Assembly (NCBI GenBank): GCA_964016885.1
Contig: OZ024753.1
Span: 29,884,001 to 29,948,000, forward strand
Origin: Eledone cirrhosa
Taxonomy: Eukaryota
Reading direction: 5' to 3'
Length of the DNA: 64,000 nt
Under the pieces are notes generated by a model. It was not told the DNA's origin. It did no database searches and saw only the letters and a list, made by a program, of their open reading frames with translations. Both the position numbers and the translations under genes were made by a program. Positions 54,271 through 64,000 of this stretch are shown piece by piece. Positions within the stretch are counted from its first letter, which is position 1, and each line of letters begins with the position of its first letter.

Positions 54271-54743
54271 AGACCAACTCATCAAAAAGAAAACCCTGAA
54301 AAAGGAATCGCTGTCATCATTACCATCATCATCACCATCATTAGTTTTCAATCATTTTGTTTTTTTATCCTAACATAGATTGAATTGTGCTGCTATATTG
54401 CACATCTCTTCTCATATTAGAAAAAAAATGCAGATGTATGAAAGAAGGAATGTTGTTGATGTTATTGTTATTGTTGTTGTTATTATTATTATTATACTTT
54501 TAAAATTTTTATTTGATTTACAAAGCACTGAAAGTTTGATTGTCACAGAAAAGGAAAATGAAAAAATATTCTGTGAAACAAAGATTATTATAGCATTCCA
54601 AGAAGTTTCCCCCCCTTCTAGAACTATATTGTATTCTTGGATACAGCAGGAACAACATAGTAATTCTTTGAGATCTTCCTCAGGCATGTTTGGCTTCAAT
54701 TTCAATATTTGTCAACATTACTACCAGAGTGTTGCTATCAGCG

Positions 54744-54813
<70 letters not shown>

Positions 54814-54928
54814 GTGTGTGTGTGTGTGTGTTTTCTTTTACTCATTTCTGTTGTTATACTGTGACCATGCTGGAGCATTGTTGCCTTTACTACTAAGTTA
54901 CGGGACATAAACAAACAGTAAATGCTTG

Positions 54929-55044
<116 letters not shown>

Positions 55045-55113
55045 CTATATATATATATATATAAGGGAACAAAGAATCAGTGTTGCATCATATACATATT
55101 TAATTACATATTA

Positions 55114-55440
55114 TGGAGGCACATGGCTTAGTGGTTAGAGCATTGGCCTTGCAATCAAAAGGTTGTGAGTTCAATTCTCAGACCGGGTGATGTGTTGTTT
55201 CCTTGAGCAAGACACTTTATTTCACATTGCTCCAGTTTACTCAGCTGTAGAAATGAGATGATAGGGACTGGGGTCCCTATCATTCCACTGCAAAGTGGTT
55301 GTGGTGGTGCCACGGCAAAAAAGCACCCAGCACTCACTGTACATGAGGTTGGTCTTAGGAAATCAAGCCAGAATCAGTTCCCATCCCACCCTTGCAAGCA
55401 GGGAAAAAGCGGACGTGAAATGAAATGATGATGATGATGA
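55114..55440 (+). mobile_element. tRNA-derived CORE-like SINE with RTE-type tail
   Basis: Same family as 41841-42182. Confidence 0.85.
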
Positions 55441-55576
55441 TTACACATGTTTCACTGTCGATCAGCTTGAGGAACGATCAATTAATGATCGAACCTCACT
55501 CTAGAATCAGAAGCTCCTCAGATATGTTTTAACATGTAGACTCACGTCTGTGTATGTATATATATATATATAAGAA

Positions 55577-55966
55577 TGGAAGCACATGGCTTAGTGGTTA
55601 GAGCATTGGCCTTGCAATCGAAAGGTTGTGAGTTCAATTCTCAGACCGGGTGATGTGTTGTTTCCTTGAGCAAGACACTTTATTTCACATTGCTCCAGTT
55701 CACTCAGCTATAGAAATGAGATGATAGGGACTGGGGTCCCTATCATTCCACTGCAAAGTGGTCGTGGAGGTGCCACGGCAAAAAAGCACCCAGCCCACAC
55801 TATAAAGTGGACGTGTAGGTGCCACGGGAAAAAAGCACGCAGCACTCACTGTAAATGAGATTGGTGTTAGGAAGGGCATCCAGCTCTAGAAATCAAGCCA
55901 GAATCAGTTCACGTCCCACCCTTGCAAGCAGGGAAAAGCGGACGTAAAATGAAATGATGAAATGAT
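55577..55966 (+). mobile_element. tRNA-derived CORE-like SINE with an internal ~50-bp duplication
   Basis: Same family. GGTGCCACGG..AAAAAAGCAC occurs twice. Confidence 0.85.
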
Positions 55967-56202
55967 ATATATGTACGACAAACTTCTGCACAATTTCCAT
56001 CTATCAGATTTCACACACAAGGCATTGGTCAACTTGTGACTACATTAGATGACACTGGCCCAAATTGTAATGCAGTCTTACTAAACCAAAAACCACATTG
56101 TTCGAAGCATCTGTTTATAACCAGATTAATTAGATAATTTACTATTACTGGTATGAACTTTATATTGATAGTACAGATGTTTTCGATATATATTCAATGC
56201 AA

Positions 56203-56606
56203 AGTTATGTTGGTGCCACAACATCCAGGCCGAAACAAACGAGATCGTGTAGGTGTCACGACAAAAAAACACACAGTCCACGCTGTAATGTTACCATGTA
56301 GGCAACACGGTAAAAACCTCCCAGTCCCACACTGTAAATGTGGTTGGTGTTAGGAAGGGCATCCAGCTGTAGAAAACACGCCAGACAGTCCACGCTGTAA
56401 TGTGGCCGTGTAGGCAACACAGTAAAAACCTCCCAGCCCCACACTGTAAATGTGGTTGGTGTTAGGAAGGGCATCCAGCTGTAGAAAACCCGCCAGACAG
56501 TCCTATGCGAGCAAGACAACCACTCTTGCCTCAAGTGGGAAAACCCCCGTCCAAACCCATGCAAGCGTGGAACAGGGACGTTAAACGATGATGATGATGA
56601 TGATGA
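56203..56606 (+). mobile_element. RTE 3' UTR fragment with an internal ~110-bp tandem duplication
   Basis: Reverse complement of ~10108-10402. The unit containing GTTGGTGTTAGGAAGGGCATCCAGCTGTAGAAAAC is repeated at a CAGTCC microhomology. Confidence 0.85.
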
Positions 56607-56673
56607 TTCAATTTATTTCTTATAAAGCAATGAAGTTTTGTTATACAGTTGTTTTAGGTATACATTCAATATA

Positions 56674-56885
56674 CAGGGTGTTTCGAAAAATTTAATATCA
56701 ATGGTCTGTTCCCGAGATGGTCATATTAAAATATATATTGTGAATTAGTGTTATAATGTTGACAAATTTTGAGGAATAAATCTTATATTGCTTAACATCA
56801 AGCCTGCTCAGTCTCGTTGTCCTAGATTTTGTAGTTTCTAGGATATCTACATCTCAAATGATATCAAATGTTTGTAAACACCCTG
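56674..56885. mobile_element. Tc1/mariner-type MITE (~210 bp)
   Basis: TA|CAGGGTGTTT...AAACACCCTG|TA. Confidence 0.7.
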
Positions 56886-57435
56886 TATCTCTTATAAGGC
56901 AATGAAGTTTTGTCCCTCTTTTCTAATATATCTTTATATCTCTTGTGGACTGACTGACTTACTAGGGTCAATAAAGTTTGATACCAGAAATTGTTTCAGA
57001 AAGCAATTGGCAATAAGAGTCATCTGGATTAAAGCTGCTATCCGTCTAAGCCATGCTAGCGTGAAAGATAGACGTTAAACGATGATGATGATCCACCAGT
57101 CACGTTTCCATATTGTCGACTAAATAGTGAATAAAGCAATGCAAGATGTTTGAAATGCAATAGAACTTAAACCTGCATTGTGCACTGACTTTCAGAAAGT
57201 TTGAATGTTAATGGGTCATTGGATATTTGCATGCTATTGGTTGGAAACATTTACAGTGTGCCCATGTGCATGCATGCACGTGTGGTGTGGTGTGTGTAAA
57301 CAAGAGGATAAAATTAGTTATTTTACTGCTAAGCTGCTTAAATATTTTAAACAGAAGTGTTATTGTTCAAAGTATTTAGCTGTAATAACTTCTATTTCTG
57401 TACCACTGCTAGAACTAACACTATGTTTCTATAGC

Positions 57436-57590
57436 ACTGCACACGTTAGTGCTTAAACTAGCACCTTATGTTGCTACATTACTGCACATGTCAGAGCTTA
57501 ACACTGACACTTCCTGTTGCTATACAACGAATACATTAATGCATAACACTGACACCTGCCACTGCTATATGACTGCATGTCATTAGTGCT
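57436..57590. repeat. Degenerate ~45-bp minisatellite, 3-4 units
   Basis: ACTGCACA..T.AG.GCTTAA.ACT..CAC....GTTGCTA repeated. Confidence 0.6.
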
Positions 57591-58221
57591 CTACTAAGAA
57601 GTTGGAATAGCTGAATGGATAAATTGTCAGTCTTCCAGAAGTGGACATATCTTTTGATTTATTTATTATAATGTCTGTGTTGAACTGAGGGTACAATTAA
57701 TATTCTAGAGTGCTCCAACAGTTCCAGTTCTAATATTCCTATAGGTATAGATATCCAATATTAAACAAGTGTGCTTATTTAGCTAGATATATTTGTATTA
57801 TTTTTGGTCATGTTTCTTTCTTTGAATCTAGTTTTTATTTTATTTTATTCTATTCTATTTAAATTTGATTAAATTTGGTTATCATTTAGCCTTATCACAA
57901 ATGGTATGGTTATTAGATTAGTAATGCTTTACTAGATGGACAGTTTTAAACAAAATCTGTAGTTGGTGTGTCCTTCTCACTGAGCATTGAATCAATTTAG
58001 AATAGTGTTTGCATAGTTAGTGCTTCACTGATTTTTTTTTTTTTCATTTTTGCTGTGTTGTTTTACTTGAAATAATTTTTTGACCTAATTTTAAAACTCT
58101 TTCTTGTCAACTAAGATATGGCATTAGTGAAAGAATAAGTCTGTCTGTTTCTCTCCTCCATTTTCTCTCACAGCAAACTCAAGAATATGTTTATACATTC
58201 TGCCACACACACATATAAATA

Positions 58222-58294
58222 CAGTGTGTCTCAAAAAAATGTATACATACTTTGAATATCTGTTGAGGTGTGTATACATTTTTTTGACACCCTA
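58222..58294. mobile_element. Tc1/mariner-type MITE
   Basis: CAGTGTGTCTCAAAAAAATGTATACA / TGTATACATTTTTTTGACACCCTA with TA flanks. Confidence 0.6.
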
Positions 58295-58330
58295 TATATA
58301 TATATATACATATATTTACATATATATATA

Positions 58331-58619
58331 TAGGAACAAGTAGAACAAAGTACTCAATACTTAGGGTAGTAGAGTGGGTAATAGGAACAAGTAGGACCCC
58401 GACGGCTGAGCTCAAGCCGTTTCGACGGCTAATTCTGGACTAGAGCTCAAGCCGTTTCAACGGCTAATTTTGGACTAAAATTAATCCAGAATTAGCCGTC
58501 GAAACGGCTTGAGCTCAGCCGTCGGGGTCCTACTTGTTCCTATTACCCACTCTACTACCCTAAGTATTGAGTACTTTGGTGCGTTATGGTCCATCTGGTT
58601 CCTTCCTACATTTCCTTCG

Positions 58620-58620
<1 letters not shown>
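58331..58620. mobile_element. Fold-back element carrying the 3' half of a hammerhead motif
   Basis: Perfect 94-bp arms 58346-58439 / 58485-58578. GAAACGGCT-tgagctc-AGCCGTC at 58501-58523. (TA)n on both sides. Confidence 0.7.
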
Positions 58621-58671
<51 letters not shown>

Positions 58672-60045
58672 TGCTTTGATTTCTTATAATTTAAAAAATG
58701 TCCCTTGTAAAATATTCAGTCATATTCATATGTAAGTTGTTTGTGAGTGTATATACTTGTCCACTAACTTTCTTACATACATACAGAGAGGGAGCTTCTA
58801 ATGCAGCCATTTGACCAGCTAGACATAGCAGCTCACTGGCATAGTATGTATGATTTGCTGAAAAGCACAACTTAATGGCTTCAGCAACATTTGAACTTAC
58901 AATAAATAGTCGATCATTTTCACAGAAATTATTGCAATATATTTTTTTTTTACTCTTTTACGATTATATTATTTACTCTGGACAGATGAAAGGGTTGATT
59001 CCAGATGATATTTGAACGCAGAACTTTGAAACACTGGCTTTTAGTATAGTAAAGGCTTTATCTTTCATAATTATCTTACATAATATTGAATCTATGAGAT
59101 TTTGATGTTATTTTGGAACAGTACCTTAACTTCAGTATGAGCAGCCGGTTTGAACAGAAAGAGGTGAGAGAATTCTGGCCGAATATGGCCTGTTTAAATA
59201 CTAAAGGGTTAAATCCTATTTGGCAAACTTATTCATGTCACCTGTATTATTGCCGTTGCTGTTGTTTATCACATATATTATTGACCATAATTATCCTTTA
59301 AGAAAAAAAAAAATTCATTTGATCAGTATCAAATCCATCTTACGTATTAATATTTTATTTAAAAAAAAAAATACTGTTAGGCAATGGAAAATCTAAGGAA
59401 TTTATGATTCTGTGTGTGTGAGTGTATTTATGCACACACACGTGTGTGTGTGTGTGTCTTATTGTGTCTGTAGTCATATGACTTGACACTGGTCTCCCAT
59501 GTCAAATATTTTGCTGTATAGCTAGCTTTATGATGGAAAATAAAGCTAACAGGAAAAATATTTGACGAGAAGGACTTGTGTGAATGAAATTGAACAGCCT
59601 AGCTGTAAAAATTCTCCAACAGTAATACGATGGGTGTGGTGGAATACATGAATATGTCAGCTGTATTCCGGCACACATATCAGCAGAATAATGTGGCCTG
59701 GAAGAAAACAAAAGCACATGACTGTATGTCATTGCTTATTTATATGTAAACAGTGTATTAAGTTTTTAAAGGAAACCTCAGTTTTCATATTGTTCAGCAA
59801 AGAGGAAGTAATTTTCCTTCTTCAGCATTCTAGAGATTAGAAATAGGTTAATCAAAATTCCTGATAGCAACCAGCAGCAGTTGGTTTTTTTATCTTTATA
59901 TTTTATTTATTTATTTATTTATTTATTTATTTTTGTTTTTTTCCCCCTTTTTATGGGGATTGAAACCGAGACCAATCTTTCAGAATTATGAAACTTTCAA
60001 AGGCAATATCCTTTACTTTCTATTCATTATATATATATATATATA

Positions 60046-60884
60046 CTCAGTGTGTAGGAAAGGCGTAGGTAGAAACTCCATTTTATGTCCCAAATGCAAA
60101 GTATGGGTGCATAAAAGATGTAGTGGGATCACAGGTAAGCTAACTAAGAACATAGATTTTACATGTGGCCGGTGCTCTGGTGCAATAAGTAGCAGCAAGT
60201 GCCCACGAAATACTAGCTCTTTCAATTGCGCAGAGGGTTCTATAGAAATAGTGGACAGCTTCCGTTACCTGGGTGACAAAATCAGCAGTGGGGGAGGGTG
60301 CTCTGAAAGTACAGTAGCTAGAGTCAGAACTGGATGGAAAAAGTTGAGAGAGCTTATACCACTATTAGCCGCTAAAGGGTTCTCCCTAAAAATGAAAGGC
60401 AGGTTGTATGATGCCTGCATACGAACAGCAATGTTGCATGGCAGTGAGACCTGGGCATTGTGTGCAGAGGATATACGCAGACTAGAGAGGAACGAAGCTT
60501 GCATGCTCCGCTGGATGTGTAATAGTAATATACGTGAACGGCAAAGCATAAACGAACTAAGGAAAAAATTAGAAATAAGAGGGATCAGATGCTGTTTACT
60601 CAAGAGAAGACTACGTTGGTATGGTCACGTGATGCGCATGAAAGATGACAGCTGTATAACAAAGTGCAGGGCAATAAAGATAGACGGTAACCACGGAGTA
60701 GGCAGACCCAGAAAAACCTGGGACGAGCTGATAAATTCCGACCTCACACACTCACACCTCTCCAAGACAATGTCACTGGACCGAGACCTTTGGCGGTACT
60801 CAGTAATAGAGAAGACCCGCCTTACCTAAATACAAAGTAAAACCTACTACAGTCAGTAGGCATCTCTAACAAAATACACCCCCG
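60046..60884 (+). mobile_element. RTE LINE 3' fragment with intact frame (PHD, RT end, C-terminus)
   Basis: SVCRKGVGRNSILCPKC...IEKTRLT*, nearly identical to 10445-11255. Confidence 0.92.
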
Positions 60885-61240
60885 CATGGGTTTGGACGGG
60901 AGTTTTCCCACTTGAGGCAAGAGTGGTTGTCTTGCTCGCATAGGACTGTCTGGCGGGTTTTTCTACAGCTGGATGCCCTTCCTAACACCAACCACATTTA
61001 CAGTGTGGGACTGGGAGGTTTTTACCGTGTTGCCTACACGGCCACATTACAGAAAATGTTATATTATACATTACATTTTCGTAGAAGTCGACTGACCATT
61101 TAATAAGAGTTGACAAATTCTGAGTTTTGTCCTTCGTAACATTCTTATTTATATTTGGTGCAAGTAGGAAGTGAGAGAGAGAGAGGGACGTATATGTTAG
61201 AGAGAGTGGGGGTAATAGCGATTTTGAGGAGCGAGAGAAT
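60885..61240 (-). mobile_element. RTE 5'-region sequence fused directly to RTE 3' UTR
   Basis: 60885-61052 matches 10149-10315, and 61051-61240 matches ~13943-14130. Junction has a 2-nt AG microhomology. Confidence 0.7.
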
Positions 61241-61268
61241 CTATATATATATATATATATATATATAT

Positions 61269-61784
61269 GGTTTATTTATATTTGGTGAGAGAAGGGAGTG
61301 ATTGAAAGGGTGAACTAGCAGGCGCGTAATACGATATAGTGGGGCCGGGGGTAAAGAATAAGAGGGACAATAAGGCCATTTTATAAATCCTAGAATTTTT
61401 CGGCCAAAATTAAACAAACAAGATTGTTATTTTAGAAAAACAAATGGGGTAGTTAGCGAGAGGGTTTAAATAAAATCTTCAAATTTTGGGGATAATTGGA
61501 GAAGCATATAACAGTAATAATAAGCGAATAATGGGGTTTTAAAATACAAGAAGATTATTTAGAAACAACCAGACAGAATTATAGAATAGCATTGAGAGAG
61601 AGCAAAAGATTGGATTCTGGGCGATGATACGGATATATGAATGAATGGACCGATAGGCTGGAGAGAGATAAGAAAAATGGCATTTACATTATACTTCGCA
61701 GGGAACGATGAGGTCTGACCATTAATAAGCGGTGACAAATTCTGAGATTCGTACCTCGTAACAGGTTTATTTATATTTGGTGAG

Positions 61785-61792
<8 letters not shown>
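61269..61792 (-). repeat. ~495-bp circularly permuted monomer homologous to the RTE 5' region, with a 29-bp terminal redundancy
   Basis: GGTTTATTTATATTTGGTGAGAGAAGGGA at 61269 and 61764. Blocks match 13790-14172 in permuted order. (TA)n on both sides. Confidence 0.7.
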
Positions 61793-61831
<39 letters not shown>

Positions 61832-62894
61832 ACAGTTAGTAAGGTACTCAATACATTAGTAGTGTGTAAACATCATGTTTAACAAAGAAATGGTTTCTAT
61901 AGGACTAGATGATTTATTTTGAATGAAATAGTTCTAGTCTTGTAGAAGCCGTTTCTATATTAAACATGATATATATAGGCGGCAATAGGCAGAGTTGTTA
62001 GAACATCGGATAGAATACTTTATGGTATTCATTCTGGCTCTCTGTTCTCTTGAGTTCAAATCCCGCCAAGGTCAACTTTGCTCTTCATTCTTTCAAGGTC
62101 CATAAAAAAAAGTACCAGTCTAGTACTGGGGTCGATTCTTCTTCTCTCTCTGGAAGAAATCTGGAGAGGGATGGGCTCCACCAGGCTTAAAATACCCAAG
62201 AAATGCTGTATGTCAATATGGCGCCCCTACGACTATCAGGAGTTACAGGACCGTACATATATATATATCTGTTGTACTAAAATATCTTTAACCAATATTA
62301 AATGCATCAACATAAACCATTAGCTACACAGATGTGAAAACTGAAGGCTGTGATCTACGCTACGTTTCTTATATTTCACTTGACTTTAATATTAGAAGAT
62401 TGTTCAATGAATTTGTTTATTCGAATCAAAGGCTCTTTGTTCTAGAATTATCAAACAAGTTGGCTAACAAACATATCACAATAAAGGAGCTTCTCCTTAG
62501 TTTACATGCTAGAAATAACTATTGAATCTCTCTTAAAATATATTCTGGCATCTTAATAAAGGAAGGACATAACAGATAATGTAGTCGTAAATATAGCATG
62601 CATATATAGTATACGAAAATAATGTGATGTTCATGGTTGGAATGTCTTCCAATATAGATCTATTTGATCAGGGTTGTTAAAGAACCAGTGTGTTTGTGCA
62701 CACACACACACACTAATATAGGAAGTTATAGTTAGTTCACTATTTTCATTGCTAAGATAAGTTGAACTCAATGCCTCTTTTACCCTTCATCCTTGATATC
62801 TCTCTCCCTCTCTCTGTGTATGTATATATATATATATAGTAGTGAAAGAGTGAAGAATAACATGGTCGGCTGTACAAAAAGGGTTTTATTTCTA

Positions 62895-63001
62895 GTATTA
62901 ACAATTGTTTCATTGATCAGGTGAGTCTGAAGGCCGCTGATCACTCGAAATTGCGTCACTCGACCTTAAATACACTGTGCTTCTCTGATCAAATCATCAG
63001 A

Positions 63002-63005
<4 letters not shown>
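62895..63005 (-). ncRNA. Type I hammerhead ribozyme motif with long stem II
   Basis: Stem I GUAUU/AAUAC, CUGAUGA, U-UUGAUCAG...CUGAUCAA-U, GAA, AC-aauu-GU, U at position 17. AATAAA follows just downstream. Confidence 0.75.
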
Positions 63006-63070
<65 letters not shown>

Positions 63071-63460
63071 CATACACGCACGCACACACACAAAATGAAT
63101 TTAAAAATATATGGGTGAAGACGTCAGAAAAATGAACGAAACCCAGCCAGTTCCAACTCATCAGTCGATCGCTAGAGATACGTTGTTTCAGTGTGTGTGT
63201 CTGTGTACATTCTTTATTAAGGCCATGTATGCGTCTCATTACCCTGGAGTTTCTCCTGTGTACTCACTGGGGGATCAATACACAGGAGAAACTTCAGAAT
63301 ACACACACATATGTTATCTTCAGACCAGAATCCCAGAACAAAAGCTTTGCAAATAAGTGTACTCTACTAATGGCATCAAAGAGCCGAATGGTATTGTTAA
63401 ATTTGGCAACAGATACATATACCTACGTGCATACACATACATATATACACACAATATAAA

Positions 63461-63546
<86 letters not shown>

Positions 63547-64000
63547 TACACATGAACATAAAATCATGAATATGAGTGTGTGTGTGTACATGTACACACA
63601 TACATAAATATTCAAAGGAATGCATTCTGAACTGTAATATATATACATGCTTCTGTCTCTGAAGAATTTTGCTTCCTGGAAGAAATAGGTTAGCTACTTG
63701 ATCTTTTCTTAATAAATCTCTTTTAGTTAGGTAGTGACATGTTTTATTTGGCGTTTACTTGAGAGGAATATTCTGGCTCTTTTAGTAATTTTTAATGAAT
63801 CAATTGATGACTCTGACAGTTTGACAGTTAGTGAAGACATTGACAAAGCAGGGGGTCATATATTGTTTATTTTGTCCCCTACCCGACCCTTATCTCGCCC
63901 CCTCCCCCCATATATTATATATATATATATATATCATCATCATCATCATTTTATGTCCACTTTTCCCTGCTTGCGAGTGTGGGACGGGTCTTATTCAGCA

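Noticed and set aside
63250-63300. GIY-YIG-like peptide VYSLGDQYTGETS
   Set aside because: Spacing is too short and there is no downstream R/E motif. The segment is explained by a DNA hairpin.

Overview
This is AT-rich, microsatellite-dense eukaryotic DNA that looks intronic or intergenic. The repeat repertoire suggests a cephalopod (octopus-like) genome, which is an inference. I could not recognise any host protein-coding gene; there are only a few weak exon candidates. Transposable elements dominate: one near full-length but disabled RTE-clade LINE (APE + RT with a C4HC3 PHD-type finger inside the RT) with several truncated copies, CR1 and L1/Tx1 3' fragments, a Penelope-like element (GIY-YIG, inverted pseudo-LTR), tRNA-derived SINEs, piggyBac-, Tc1/mariner- and hAT-type MITEs, and a probable non-autonomous Helitron. 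Five signals deserve a second look. (1) Several unrelated Penelope-type families carry type-I hammerhead ribozyme motifs that share a U.U pair at the base of stem II, and one family has a CAGAAGA core. (2) Short fold-back elements in (TA)n tracts have their inversion points inside hammerhead helices. (3) A ~495-bp circularly permuted monomer homologous to the RTE 5' region has a conserved, apparently covarying structured core. (4) A 1.2-kb-period old duplication selectively preserves a pre-miRNA-like hairpin. (5) The PHD finger sits within the RT domain. All alignments and folds were done by eye. Most short ORFs in the supplied track are microsatellite or antisense artefacts.
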